Source of the DNA: Synechococcus sp. | Lineage (GTDB): Bacteria; Cyanobacteriota; Cyanobacteriia; PCC-6307; Cyanobiaceae | Direction: 5' to 3' | NCBI GenBank assembly: GCA_047285305.1 | Contig: JBJBDL010000003.1 | Coordinates: 1,568,001 to 1,632,000, forward strand | Length of the DNA stretch: 64,000 bases | Shown here: positions 19,402 to 29,618 of the stretch, piece after piece | Layout of the letters: each line of letters starts with the position of its first letter | Position numbering within the stretch: the first letter of the stretch is position 1 | The notes under the pieces: generated by a model | Told to the model about the DNA's origin: nothing | What the model saw: the letters and a program-made list of their open reading frames with translations, nothing else | Database searches by the model: none | Made by a program: the position numbers and the translations under genes

Positions 19402-20333
19402 GCGCCGCAGGCGGCCAAGGCCGGCCTCAACTGTTGGTTGTGCTGCTGCAGAAGAGCCTTGGCCTGGTCCACCGACAAGGCTGCAGCGGCCATCAACAGG
19501 GCGAGTTTCACCGATCCGCCGGCCTCCTCCAGCAGCGTCAGCCCCCGCTCCCGCTCCACACCGGCAAGATCCCGCAGGATCCGCAAGGACCGGTCCACCA
19601 GCTTGCTGTTGCTGGCGGCCACATCCACCATGCGGTTGCCGTAGACCTTGCCCAGCTTCACCATCACGGCGGTGGAGAGGGTGTTCAAGGCCAGTTTTGT
19701 GGCGGTTCCAGCCTTCATCCGGGTGGATCCCGTCAGCAGCTCAGGGCCCGTGAGCAGGCGGATGTCGATGTCGCAGGGAAGGGGCGCCTGCTCCGTTGGA
19801 ACGCAGGCCATGGCCATGGCGAGGGCTCCGATGCTTTTGGCGAAGGCCAGCCCACCGCGCACGTAGGGGGTGGTGCCGCCTGCGGCGATGCCCACCAGGC
19901 AATCCTTGGCGCAGAAGCCCCTCTCCTCGAGATCGGCACGTCCGGCGGCCTCAATGTCCTCAAGCCCTTCCGAGCTGCGCAGCAACGCGGCGGAGCCACC
20001 GGCGAGAACCCCCTGAACCTGTTGGGGATCACTGCAGAAGGTGGGCGGACATTCCGCGGCATCCAACACCCCCAGTCGTCCGGAGGTGCCAGCACCCAGG
20101 TAGAAGAGCCGGCCTCCGGCACGGAGGCGCTCGGCAACGGAATCAACCGCCTGGGCTAGCGCCGGGGCCACAGCGGCAACAGCCTCCTGGGGGCGACGAT
20201 CCTCGTCTGCAAACAACTCCACCAGCGCCAGGGTGTCGAGCTGATCCAGGCGTGAACTGCGCCGGTTGCTCTGCTCGGTGAGCAGGTGGCCGCGGTCGCT
20301 GGAGGGCTGCAGATCGGGGTGGAACACGGCCAT
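19383..20333 (-). CDS. murQ: N-acetylmuramic acid 6-phosphate etherase
   Basis: GAGTSGRLGVLDAAECPPTF, GSTRMKAGTATK, GKVYGNRMVDV. Confidence 0.96.
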   Translation of the reverse strand: MAVFHPDLQPSSDRGHLLTEQSNRRSSRLDQLDTLALVELFADEDRRPQEAVAAVAPALAQAVDSVAERLRAGGRLFYLGAGTSGRLGVLDAAECPPTFCSDPQQVQGVLAGGSAALLRSSEGLEDIEAAGRADLEERGFCAKDCLVGIAAGGTTPYVRGGLAFAKSIGALAMAMACVPTEQAPLPCDIDIRLLTGPELLTGSTRMKAGTATKLALNTLSTAVMVKLGKVYGNRMVDVAASNSKLVDRSLRILRDLAGVERERGLTLLEEAGGSVKLALLMAAAALSVDQAKALLQQHNQQLRPALAACGAQLADA

Positions 20334-20336
20334 GGC

Positions 20337-20810
20337 TCAGAGCAGACCTTCCAGGCGCCGACGCAGCTCATCCAGTTCAGGATTCGATTCCGGTTCGGTC
20401 TCCAATCCCTGGCGCGCGGGCTCAACGCCCTGCTGCTCTGCCACACCGCCGTCAGAAACAGCCTCGTCCGAAACCCCGTCGTTCGCAACCGCGTCGTCCT
20501 TCCAGTTGCTCACATCGCGATTGCTCTGGGGCGGCGCCATGAACAGACGCTCCTCGTCATTGCTGGGCACAAAGCCCGACTCGATCAGCCGAGCCTCGTA
20601 GCCGGCCTCACGGCAGAACAGATCCACATCTTCCCGATCGAGGGCCTCCACCGTCGGAACCGGAAAGTCCTGAGCCTCCAGAAGACCGGCATATCGCTCG
20701 GCATCGTCGGGGTTCTCAAACAGCAGAACCACGGTTCGTCCGGCGATTTCAAGCGAGTGGATGCCTTCGCTATCCGTACCGGCATCAAAGAGCAGGACGT
20801 GGACGCGCAT
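20337..20810 (-). CDS. DUF3110 family protein
   Basis: EGIHSL, FENPDDAERYAGLLEAQDF, LDELRRRLEGLL. Confidence 0.85.
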   Translation of the reverse strand: MRVHVLLFDAGTDSEGIHSLEIAGRTVVLLFENPDDAERYAGLLEAQDFPVPTVEALDREDVDLFCREAGYEARLIESGFVPSNDEERLFMAPPQSNRDVSNWKDDAVANDGVSDEAVSDGGVAEQQGVEPARQGLETEPESNPELDELRRRLEGLL

Positions 20811-20853
20811 CGGGAAAACCGTCAGATCAACCGGACCGGAGTCTCACCCATCG

Positions 20854-21786
20854 TCAACCACCCTGCTCGGATTCGCTCGCAAGTTCCTGAAGACGTCGGT
20901 AGAGGGCCCGTTCCGCATCACCCAGATCCAAAGGAATTACCACAACGATCTCCACCAACTGGTCACCCCGCTCGCCATCAAGCTGCAGCCCACGCCCCCG
21001 CAGCCGCAGCAAACGTCCACTGGATGAGCCTGGAGGAACCTGCAGCGTCACAGGGCCATCCAGGGTCGGCACATCCACAGCGCAGCCGAGTGCTGCATCC
21101 GGTGGGAACAGCATCAGCTTGTAGAGCACCCGCAGACCATCAATCCGCAGTCCGTCGTCGGTCACGACCCGGAGCTGCAGGAAATGATCACGGCCACCGG
21201 GGGCAACGCCTTCAAGCCGCAGACGCCAGCCATCCCCAGCAAAGGGGGGCGTGTTCAGCTCGATCACTATGCCGTCATCGAGCGTCAGTTCCACCACGGT
21301 TCCCTGGAGAGCCTGATCCGGAGTGAGATGCACCACCGACTCGAGATCCTCTACAGCACGCACCGGCGGCGGCGGCGGCGGTGCCGACACTGGGGGTTCA
21401 TGGCCCCTGTTGTCACGGCTAGCGTCATTAACCCGGAAGGGGGAATCGAGCTCATCCTCAACCTCAACTGAGGAACGACTTGTTCCGCCACCGAAGATCA
21501 CATCGAGGTAGTCCTCAAAATCTGGGAAGCCCTGGGCAAATGGATCGGCAACATGCGAACGGGAGCCCCCTCCCCGCTGCCAGGCCTCACGCCGGCGGGG
21601 ATCGCTGAGCACCGCATAGGCCTCATTGACCAACTTGAAGCGCTCTTCAGCAACGGGATCGTTGCTGTTGAGATCGGGGTGCCAGCGGCGCGCCTCCCGG
21701 CGGAAGGCCCGTTTTAGTTGCTGATCCGTGCAGTCGGCATCGACCCCCAGCAGAGACCAGTAATCAGGCTCAGCGGTAGATGTCAT
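20854..21786 (-). CDS. DnaJ-class co-chaperone (J domain plus C-terminal domain)
   Basis: DYWSLLGV, WHPD motif, C-terminal LRLRGRG; overlaps dnaK stop. Confidence 0.9.
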   Translation of the reverse strand: MTSTAEPDYWSLLGVDADCTDQQLKRAFRREARRWHPDLNSNDPVAEERFKLVNEAYAVLSDPRRREAWQRGGGSRSHVADPFAQGFPDFEDYLDVIFGGGTSRSSVEVEDELDSPFRVNDASRDNRGHEPPVSAPPPPPPVRAVEDLESVVHLTPDQALQGTVVELTLDDGIVIELNTPPFAGDGWRLRLEGVAPGGRDHFLQLRVVTDDGLRIDGLRVLYKLMLFPPDAALGCAVDVPTLDGPVTLQVPPGSSSGRLLRLRGRGLQLDGERGDQLVEIVVVIPLDLGDAERALYRRLQELASESEQGG

Positions 21787-23761
21787 CGTCCCACGGCGCA
21801 GGGTCACGCCGGCTCAGACCACGGCCACGGTCACCCGGACGGCTGGGGGGACCCCAGGGGTCGTCGTCCCAGTCATCGGCAAATAGCTCATCCTTGAGAG
21901 AGCCCAAAGTATTGCGGATCCCCTGAAGCGCGCTGCCATCGGCCTGACGTTCCGCCGACAGCCGGCGGTTCAACCCGAACAACGCCTCCTCGAGACCACT
22001 CACGCAGAGATCAAGCTCTTGAAGGTCGTCGTTGGCGAGGCAGTCCTGCACGTCACGCATGGCCATTTCAACGGCCCGTTGCTGCCGTTCAGCTCCATAG
22101 GGCCCCAGCTCGAGAGAGGCATCCCGCAGCCTCCGTTCCGCCTGGGCAAGCAAGGTCTGAGCCCGGTTGCGGCGCTCGATCTGATTGCGTTTGCGCCTGT
22201 CCTCATCAGCTCTCGCTTCCGCTTCTGCCAGCAGAGCAGTTACATCCTCCTCATTGAGGTTCGAGCCGCCCTGAATCGACACCGACTGCTTGCGGCCGGT
22301 AGTGCGGTCTGTGGCACTGACCTGCAGCAGGCCATTGGCATCGATGTCGAAGGCCACCTGCACCTGGGGCACCCCCCGCGGGGCGGGTGGAATCCCGGAG
22401 AGCCTGAAACGTCCAAGGGATTTATTGTCGGTTGCCATCTGGCGCTCCCCTTGCCAGACATGGATTTCCACGGACGACTGATTGGCTTCCGAGGTGCTGA
22501 ACACATCGGACTGACGCACGGGGATCGGCGTGTTGCGAGGAATCAGCACCTTCATCAATCCGCCGATGGTCTCCAGTCCTAGCGACAGGGGGGTGACGTC
22601 GTTGAGCAGCAGATCCCTGAGTTCACCGGTGAGGATTCCGGCCTGTACCGCAGCACCGATCGCCACCACCTCATCAGGGTTCACCGATTGGCAGGGATCG
22701 ATTGGCACGAGGGTGCGCACCAGTTGCTGAACCATCGGCATCCGCGTGGCACCACCTACAAGCACGACGTCATCGATGTCATCAGCCGACCAACCGGAGT
22801 CGCGTAGCGCCGCCTGGACTGGACTCAGCAGACGATCCAGCAGATCGGGGCAGAGCCCTTCGAAGGTGGCGCGGTCCAGGCGGGTTTCGATGTGCAGCGG
22901 ACCGTCGCTGCCGGTGGCAATGAAGGGAAGCGAAATCGGGGTGCTCAGCACGCCGGAGAGTTCCTGCTTCGCCTTCTCAGCCGCTTCCGTCAACCGCTGC
23001 AAGGCCTGACGATCGCGGCGCAGATCAACCTTGTGCTCCTCCTCAAAGGCATCAGCCAGCCAGTTGACGATGCGTTGATCGAAATCGTTGCCACCGAGTT
23101 GCGTGTCGCCGTTCGTCGCCTTGACGTCAAAAACTCCATTGGCGATGCGCAGCAGCGACACATCAAAGGTTCCTCCACCGAGGTCGAAGACCAGGACCCT
23201 TTTGACGGCGCTTCGGTCAAAGCCATAGGCCAGAGCAGCTGCGGTGGGCTCATTGAGGATGCGCTCCACCGAGATGCCCGCCAGGCGTCCGGCGTCGCGG
23301 GTGGCCTGTCGCTGCGCGTCGTTGAAGTAAGCGGGCACGGTCACCACGGCCGCTTCCACCGGTTCACCCAGATAGGTGGACGCGTCATCGACAAGCTTGC
23401 GAATGATGCTGGCCACCAGTTCTTCGGGCGCGTATTCCCGCTCGGTCACCGGACAGGGCACCCGAACCTGCCCCTGGTCGTTGGCACGCACCGTGTAGGG
23501 AACCGACAGGCTGCTGTCCTCCAGCTCGTCCCAGTCCCGGCCGACGAACCGCTTCAGGTTCGAGAAGGTGTTGCGGGGGCTGAGCACCAGCTGGCGCCTG
23601 GCCAGCTGCCCCACCAGCAGTTCTTGATCTTTGGTGTATCCGACAACAGATGGGGTGGTTCGGCCGCCCTCGGCATTGGCGATCACGTGGGGACGACCTG
23701 CCTCAAGCACAGCGACGACCGAATTGGTGGTCCCCAGATCGATTCCGACGATCCGCCCCAT
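21770..23761 (-). CDS. dnaK: Chaperone DnaK (Hsp70) paralog
   Basis: GIDLGTTNS, DLGGGTFDVS, DVTPLSLG. Confidence 0.97.
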   Translation of the reverse strand: MGRIVGIDLGTTNSVVAVLEAGRPHVIANAEGGRTTPSVVGYTKDQELLVGQLARRQLVLSPRNTFSNLKRFVGRDWDELEDSSLSVPYTVRANDQGQVRVPCPVTEREYAPEELVASIIRKLVDDASTYLGEPVEAAVVTVPAYFNDAQRQATRDAGRLAGISVERILNEPTAAALAYGFDRSAVKRVLVFDLGGGTFDVSLLRIANGVFDVKATNGDTQLGGNDFDQRIVNWLADAFEEEHKVDLRRDRQALQRLTEAAEKAKQELSGVLSTPISLPFIATGSDGPLHIETRLDRATFEGLCPDLLDRLLSPVQAALRDSGWSADDIDDVVLVGGATRMPMVQQLVRTLVPIDPCQSVNPDEVVAIGAAVQAGILTGELRDLLLNDVTPLSLGLETIGGLMKVLIPRNTPIPVRQSDVFSTSEANQSSVEIHVWQGERQMATDNKSLGRFRLSGIPPAPRGVPQVQVAFDIDANGLLQVSATDRTTGRKQSVSIQGGSNLNEEDVTALLAEAEARADEDRRKRNQIERRNRAQTLLAQAERRLRDASLELGPYGAERQQRAVEMAMRDVQDCLANDDLQELDLCVSGLEEALFGLNRRLSAERQADGSALQGIRNTLGSLKDELFADDWDDDPWGPPSRPGDRGRGLSRRDPAPWDDDIYR

Positions 23762-23884
23762 ATCTCTGAAAACTTGATCCCCACGCTAACGGCAGGTTCA
23801 AACCGGCTCCAGCCCCCGCTTAAACCGTTCTTGATGACCTCCAGTGGTTCGGGTCATACGTTGTAAGGGCGCGCCATTGGATGC

Positions 23885-24832
23885 ATGTCCGACCAGGACA
23901 GTCGTTACTTGCTCCGAAGCCGTCCACCAGCAGAAAAGCTAGTGGACATCAGTTTCAGAAACCTCGCCATCGCCATGGCCTCCGTAGTGGCGATCGTTCT
24001 ATTTTCGATCCTCGTGGTGGTTTTCCAGGGGAGCCTGGATTCCATGGCCCGCTACGGCTGGCAATTTCTGGTCACCTCAGACTGGAATCCCGTGGACGAT
24101 CAGTACGGGGCCGGAGCCGCGATCTACGGCACCTTGATCACATCACTGGTCGCGTTGATGATCGCGGTGCCCCTCGGGGTTGGCACAGCTATTTTCATCA
24201 CCGAAAACATCATCCCCAAGCGGATCAGGGAAGTGATCGGCCTGATGGTGGAACTGCTCGCGGCGATCCCATCCGTGGTACTAGGCCTCTGGGCAATTTT
24301 TGTCATGGAACCGTTCATCAGGCCTGGGCTTGAACTTCTCTATCAGCTGTTCAATTGGTTCCCCCTGTTCAGCACCCCACCGATGGGTCCTGGCACCATT
24401 CCTGCGGTGTTGATCCTGGTAGTGATGATCCTGCCGATCATCACGGCAATCTCCCGAGATTGCCTGAATCAGGTTCCACCGCAACTCCGCCAGGCGGCCT
24501 ATGGGGTAGGCACAACACGCTGGGGAGCCATCATCAATGTGATTCTCCCGGCAGCGATTTCCGGCATCATTGGTGGTGTGATGTTGGCCTTAGGTCGGGC
24601 CATGGGCGAAACCATGGCGGTGACAATGATCATCGGAAATTCCAACAACTTCAGCGTGTCGCTGCTGGCCCCCGGCAACACCATCGCGGCGATGTTGGCC
24701 AATCAATTTGGTGAGGCGGATGGCTCCCAGGTGTCATCACTGATGTACGCAGCGTTCGTGCTGATTGTTCTCACCCTGTGCGTGAATATTTTTGCCCAGT
24801 GGATCGTGAAGCGTTTGAGCCTGAAGTACTGA
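23885..24832 (+). CDS. pstC: Phosphate ABC transporter permease
   Basis: ELLAAIPSVVLGLW, GRAMGETMAV. Confidence 0.96.
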   Translation: MSDQDSRYLLRSRPPAEKLVDISFRNLAIAMASVVAIVLFSILVVVFQGSLDSMARYGWQFLVTSDWNPVDDQYGAGAAIYGTLITSLVALMIAVPLGVGTAIFITENIIPKRIREVIGLMVELLAAIPSVVLGLWAIFVMEPFIRPGLELLYQLFNWFPLFSTPPMGPGTIPAVLILVVMILPIITAISRDCLNQVPPQLRQAAYGVGTTRWGAIINVILPAAISGIIGGVMLALGRAMGETMAVTMIIGNSNNFSVSLLAPGNTIAAMLANQFGEADGSQVSSLMYAAFVLIVLTLCVNIFAQWIVKRLSLKY

Positions 24833-24833
24833 C

Positions 24834-25751
24834 ATGACACAAATGCTCACCCACAACAAAGCAGAGTCAGCATCTGACCTCAGCTACAAACCTTTTCAAC
24901 GCAGAAACATCAGCAGCAGTGCACTCTCGTTTCTGGCAGCCCTGTTTGCCGCGATTGCAGTCCTACCCCTGATCCTTGTGCTGGGTTACGTGCTCGTGCA
25001 GGGGGGCAGCAAGATCAGCCTGGCCCTGCTGACGCAACTTCCACCACCGCCAGGCCTCGAAGACGGCGGCATCGCCAATGCGATCGTTGGAACGCTTGTG
25101 GTGACGGCCATCGCTGCACTGATCGCAGTTCCGGTGGGCGTCGGTGGCGGCATTTTTCTGGCTGAATACTCCCGTTCGGGATGGTTCGCTCAGTTCATCC
25201 GCTTCGGCACCAATGTGCTGGCCGGGGTGCCATCGATCATTGCTGGCGTTTTCATATACGGCACGATCGTCACCAGTCGAATTCTGTTCGGGAACGCTTA
25301 CAGCGCCGTGGCCGGAGGCATGGCACTGGCGGTGCTGATGCTTCCCACAGTGATCAAAACCACTGATGAAGGCCTGAAGCTGGTGCCCGACGATCTCCGG
25401 CGTGGTGCACTCGGCGTGGGGGCATCCCGGTTCGTCACCGTTGTTCGAATCACCCTCCCTGCCGCATTAACCCCGATTGGCACAGGGGTTGTGCTTGGCG
25501 TCGCCCGAGCAGCAGGCGAAACAGCTCCCTTAATCTTCACTGCTCTGTTCTCACCGTTCTGGTCGGATCTGCTCACGCCGGAAGGGATTTTCGCTCCAAT
25601 AGCGACCCTCTCGGTGATGATCTACAACTTCGCGATCATGCCCTACGAATTTCACAACGAGCTGGCGTGGGCCGCATCGTTTGTGCTCGTGGTGATGATC
25701 CTGGCCCTGAACCTCTTCTCTCGCTGGCTGGCGCGATTTGCTGCCAAATAA
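24834..25751 (+). CDS. pstA: Phosphate ABC transporter permease
   Basis: [21 protein letters not shown]. Confidence 0.96.
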   Translation: MTQMLTHNKAESASDLSYKPFQRRNISSSALSFLAALFAAIAVLPLILVLGYVLVQGGSKISLALLTQLPPPPGLEDGGIANAIVGTLVVTAIAALIAVPVGVGGGIFLAEYSRSGWFAQFIRFGTNVLAGVPSIIAGVFIYGTIVTSRILFGNAYSAVAGGMALAVLMLPTVIKTTDEGLKLVPDDLRRGALGVGASRFVTVVRITLPAALTPIGTGVVLGVARAAGETAPLIFTALFSPFWSDLLTPEGIFAPIATLSVMIYNFAIMPYEFHNELAWAASFVLVVMILALNLFSRWLARFAAK

Positions 25752-25771
25752 ACCACTTCTTACTTAAAACA

Positions 25772-26593
25772 ATGACGACTATTCAACAGCCCCAAGCCGC
25801 CGAGTCCTACAACGCAGACGTCTCCCTTTCCCTGCAGAACGTCACCATCAGCTACGGCAATTTCGAAGCCGTCAAAAACGTCTACTGCGAGATTCCCCGC
25901 GGCAAGGTGACGGCATTCATTGGCCCATCTGGCTGTGGAAAGTCGACGGTACTTCGTTCATTGAATCGGATGAATGATCTGATCGAAGGCTGCTCACTGA
26001 AGGGAAGCATCCTGTTTGGAGGTGTAGACCTCTACGGGCCCAGGATTGATCCCGTGGAAGTGCGCCGCAGGATCGGAATGGTGTTCCAACAACCCAACCC
26101 ATTCCCGAAAAGCATCTACGAAAACATCGCCTTCGGCGCTCGCATCAATGGCTACACAGGTGACATGGATGAGCTTGTTGAGCGTTCCCTCCGCCAGGCG
26201 GCGGTTTGGGATGAGTGCAAAGACAAGCTGAATGAGAGCGGGTATTCGCTGTCCGGCGGACAGCAGCAGCGCCTCTGCATCGCCCGCACGATCGCGATTC
26301 AGCCGGAGGTCATCCTCATGGATGAGCCCTGTTCAGCCCTCGATCCCATCTCAACGTTGAAGATCGAGGAGACGATGCATGAGCTCAAGAAGAGCTTCAC
26401 CATCGTGATAGTCACGCACAACATGCAGCAGGCCGTTCGCGTCAGCGACATGACCGCCTTTTACAACGCAGAGGCCGTTGAAGGCGGAACCGGAAAGGTG
26501 GGATACCTCGTGGAATTCAATGACACCGACAAGATCTTCAACGCCCCCCAACAGCAGGCAACCCAGGACTACGTCTCCGGTCGTTTCGGCTGA
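25772..26593 (+). CDS. pstB: Phosphate ABC transporter ATPase
   Basis: [23 protein letters not shown]-terminal DYVSGRFG. Confidence 0.97.
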   Translation: MTTIQQPQAAESYNADVSLSLQNVTISYGNFEAVKNVYCEIPRGKVTAFIGPSGCGKSTVLRSLNRMNDLIEGCSLKGSILFGGVDLYGPRIDPVEVRRRIGMVFQQPNPFPKSIYENIAFGARINGYTGDMDELVERSLRQAAVWDECKDKLNESGYSLSGGQQQRLCIARTIAIQPEVILMDEPCSALDPISTLKIEETMHELKKSFTIVIVTHNMQQAVRVSDMTAFYNAEAVEGGTGKVGYLVEFNDTDKIFNAPQQQATQDYVSGRFG

Positions 26594-26647
26594 TCGCCAA
26601 GCCGGCCCCGAGCAGGGCCGTGATGAGCCTTCAGTCCTCGAAAAGGG

Positions 26648-26676
26648 CAAAAAAAATCCGGTCCTAAAGGACCGGA
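26648..26676 (-). terminator. Rho-independent terminator after tRNA-Ser
   Basis: TCCGGTCC/GGACCGGA stem followed by a T-run on the minus strand. Confidence 0.8.
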
Positions 26677-26680
26677 GAAG

Positions 26681-26767
26681 CGGAGAGCGAGGGATTCGAA
26701 CCCTCGATAGAGTTGCCCCTATACAGCATTTCCAGTGCTGCGCCTTCGACCACTCGGCCAGCTCTCC
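26681..26767 (-). tRNA. tRNA-Ser(GGA)
   Basis: GGAGAGCTGGCCGAGTGGTCGAAGGCGCAGCACTGGAAATGCTG...GGTTCGAATCCCTCGCTCTCCG; long variable arm. Confidence 0.97.
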
Positions 26768-26820
26768 ACCGGCTAAATGGGGCAGGTGAGAATGTAGCAG
26801 GGCACTGCCAGCAGACCTTC

Positions 26821-27189
26821 ATGCGTCCCAGCCACAGGATCACGATTCACTGGCGCCAGGAGGGTCGCACCATCACCCACGACGTCCCTGAGGGGGACTA
26901 CATCCTCCACAGCTTCGAAGAGCAGGGTGACCCACTTCCTTTCTCTTGCAGAAATGGATGCTGTACGGAGTGCGCCGTTCGCGTACAGAGCGGCAGCCTC
27001 GACCAGCGCGAAGCCATGGGTCTGTCGCGGGAGCTGAGGGCCAAGGGTTATGGCCTGCTCTGCGTGGCCCGCGCCATCGGCCCCCTGGAAGCCGAAACCC
27101 AAGATGAGGATGAGGTGTACGAGCTCCAGTTCGGACGCCACTTCGGTAAGGGGCGCGTCACCGCGCGCATTCCCCTCGAGGAGGAGTGA
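26821..27189 (+). CDS. 2Fe-2S ferredoxin (Fed2-like)
   Basis: PFSCRNGCCTECAV...LLCV, DEDEVYELQFG. Confidence 0.9.
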   Translation: MRPSHRITIHWRQEGRTITHDVPEGDYILHSFEEQGDPLPFSCRNGCCTECAVRVQSGSLDQREAMGLSRELRAKGYGLLCVARAIGPLEAETQDEDEVYELQFGRHFGKGRVTARIPLEEE

Positions 27190-27191
27190 GC

Positions 27192-28079
27192 ATGCCGGAA
27201 TCAATCTGCGTGCGTGCCGCCCGCCAAGGCGGCCTAGCACCAGGCGATCTCGAGCGTCTTGTCGGCGTGGCCCGCTCAGCGGCCGATGCCGGTGGCCAGG
27301 AACTGATGCGCCATTACGGGCGTCTGGCGTCCATCGAAAGCAAAGGCCGCATCGGCGACCTGGTCACCAATGCCGACCTTGCAGCCGAACGCATCGTCTT
27401 GGAGCTGCTGGCGGAGCAGACCCCTGAGATTGCTGTGCTGGCAGAGGAAAGCGGGGCAGCCGGTCAGCAGGACGGCCTGAGGTGGTGTGTTGACCCCCTC
27501 GATGGGACCACAAACTTCGCCCACGGCTATCCCTTCTTTGCCACCTCTATCGGGCTCACCCTGGGCCAGCAGCCCATCCTCGGGGCCATCGCAGTGCCCT
27601 TTCTCCAGGAGATGTACTGGGGGGCACCGGGGATCGGAGCGTTCTGCAACGACAGCCCCCTGCAGGTGAGCAACTGCGATCGGCTCGAAGACTCCCTGTT
27701 GGTGACCGGGTTCGCTTACGACCGGCACACCCGACTCGATAACAACTACGCCGAGTTCTGCTGGTTCACCCATCGCTCCCACGGCGTTCGCCGGGGCGGT
27801 GCTGCAGCGGTGGACCTTGCTTTTGTGGCCGCTGGCCGCCAGGACGGCTACTGGGAACGGGGCCTGTCTCCCTGGGATCTGGCGGCTGGAGTGGCGTTGG
27901 TGGATCTGGCCGGTGGAACCGTCACCGGCTACGGCAATCGACCCTTCGACCTCTCCAGTGGCCGGGTCGTTGCCGCTGGCGCCAGCCTGCATGCGGCGAT
28001 TACCGAAGGGCTTTCTCAGGTGAAACCACTGCCTGGAGCCGCTTTCGGTGCACCCGAGGTCACGGCCATGGGATCCTGA
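27192..28079 (+). CDS. suhB: Inositol monophosphatase family protein
   Basis: [15 protein letters not shown]. Confidence 0.88.
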   Translation: MPESICVRAARQGGLAPGDLERLVGVARSAADAGGQELMRHYGRLASIESKGRIGDLVTNADLAAERIVLELLAEQTPEIAVLAEESGAAGQQDGLRWCVDPLDGTTNFAHGYPFFATSIGLTLGQQPILGAIAVPFLQEMYWGAPGIGAFCNDSPLQVSNCDRLEDSLLVTGFAYDRHTRLDNNYAEFCWFTHRSHGVRRGGAAAVDLAFVAAGRQDGYWERGLSPWDLAAGVALVDLAGGTVTGYGNRPFDLSSGRVVAAGASLHAAITEGLSQVKPLPGAAFGAPEVTAMGS

Positions 28080-28101
28080 GGCGTGGCCGAGAGGACGTGA
28101 G

Positions 28102-29280
28102 ATGGCGCTGCAACCTGCAGCTGGCGCAAAGGATCTGAATCCACGTCAGGTGGAGACCAATCGACAGCTGACGGAACGTCTGGCGTCGGTTTACCGCCTC
28201 TGGGGCTACGACGAGGTCTCGCCACCCCGGGTGGAACGCCTGGCGACCCTGATGGCCGGCGGTGCCATCGACAGCTCAGACATTGTTCGCCTGGTGGCCG
28301 ATGACCCCCTCGGGCTGCGTCCTGAGATGACGGCATCCATCGCCAGAGCTGCCTGCACCCGATTCGCGGATCGTCAGAGACCGCTTCGGCTCTGGGCCTC
28401 CGGCACGGTGTTCCGGACCCGTTCCGCTGATGAGGGAGGGCAGTGCATTGAGGAAAACCTACAGAGCGGCGTCGAACTGTTCGGCGTCAGCGGCAGCGAA
28501 GCGGAGATGGAGCTGCTCAGCCTGCTGATGGCCTCCGTTCAGACCCTGGGGCTACAGACCAGCCAGAAACCAAGGCTGTTGCTGGGGCACACCGCCCTGA
28601 TGGATCTGGTGCTCCGTCCATTTAATGGTGCGGTGCGTGATCAGATCCGCACCGCACTAATCGATTTCGATCGTTTGGCCATCGAAACCTGCGACCTGGC
28701 CGACGCTGAGAAAACCAGGCTGCTCTCCCTGATGGACTGCCGCGGCACCCCCGACCAGGTGCTGGCTCAGCTAAGCAGTCTCTGCGGGGAACAGCCGGTC
28801 TTCGATGAGCTGCGGCGGCTTTGTGCCCATCTCGCCTCGGCAGCTCAGGCTCAGGCAGTGACGATCCAGCTCGATCCAACCTTCCAACCCCATTTCGAGC
28901 TCTACACCGGCCTGGTGTTCCAGCTCGTTTGTGATGGCCGCAGTTCACCGGTGGTGATTGCCCGCGGCGGCCGCTACGACGATCTTGTGCGCCGTTGCGG
29001 CGCAACGGATGATCGGGCCTTTGGCGCAGGGTTCAGCCTCGCGATCGATCCGATCCGCGAACTGATTTCAGACCTGGATGCTGCCGAACAACAGCAGTCC
29101 GATGTTCTCGTTGCTTTTTCAACAACCTCGAACCTGGAATCCGCGATGGAGCGTCAGCGCAGCTGGCACGAGCAGGGACGCACTGCCGTCATGGCCCTTG
29201 AACCCTTGGCCTCCAAGCAGGAGGCTGAGCTGCAGGCGAAGGCCCAGGGTGGTCTGCAGCTGGATTGGGTCGATCCTTAG
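28102..29280 (+). CDS. hisZ: ATP phosphoribosyltransferase regulatory subunit
   Basis: [28 protein letters not shown]. Confidence 0.93.
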   Translation: MALQPAAGAKDLNPRQVETNRQLTERLASVYRLWGYDEVSPPRVERLATLMAGGAIDSSDIVRLVADDPLGLRPEMTASIARAACTRFADRQRPLRLWASGTVFRTRSADEGGQCIEENLQSGVELFGVSGSEAEMELLSLLMASVQTLGLQTSQKPRLLLGHTALMDLVLRPFNGAVRDQIRTALIDFDRLAIETCDLADAEKTRLLSLMDCRGTPDQVLAQLSSLCGEQPVFDELRRLCAHLASAAQAQAVTIQLDPTFQPHFELYTGLVFQLVCDGRSSPVVIARGGRYDDLVRRCGATDDRAFGAGFSLAIDPIRELISDLDAAEQQQSDVLVAFSTTSNLESAMERQRSWHEQGRTAVMALEPLASKQEAELQAKAQGGLQLDWVDP

Positions 29281-29305
29281 GATCCCGCTGTACAGCAGGA
29301 CCTCC

Positions 29306-29530
29306 ATGGCTCATTCCATCGTCACTGACGTTTGCGAGGGCATCGCTGACTGCGTTGATGCCTGCCCAGTGGCCTGCATTGACCAAGGCAAAGGAAAGAA
29401 CAAAAAGGGCACCGACTTCTACTGGATCAATTTCGACACCTGCATCGATTGCGGAATTTGCCTGCAGGTGTGTCCCGTTGAGGGGGCCATCGTTGCCGAA
29501 GAGCGTCCAGACCTGCAGAAGACGCCCTGA
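29306..29530 (+). CDS. 2[4Fe-4S] ferredoxin
   Basis: CEGIADCVDACP and CIDCGICLQVCP. Confidence 0.93.
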   Translation: MAHSIVTDVCEGIADCVDACPVACIDQGKGKNKKGTDFYWINFDTCIDCGICLQVCPVEGAIVAEERPDLQKTP

Positions 29531-29618
29531 GCTGCAGAAAGGTACGGAGAACCCCCTGAAAAAGCCGTTGAGCCGGGGCAAAACCTGTCTCTAGTGTCTG
29601 GTTTTTCGCAGCAAAGGA

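Noticed and set aside
20445..20500. 15-nt-period repeat in the DUF3110 gene
   Set aside because: Low-complexity acidic linker (DDAVA/NDGVS/DEAVS/DGGVA)
26681..26767. tRNA-Ser as an island attachment site
   Set aside because: No duplicated 3' fragment or integrase seen; followed directly by its terminator
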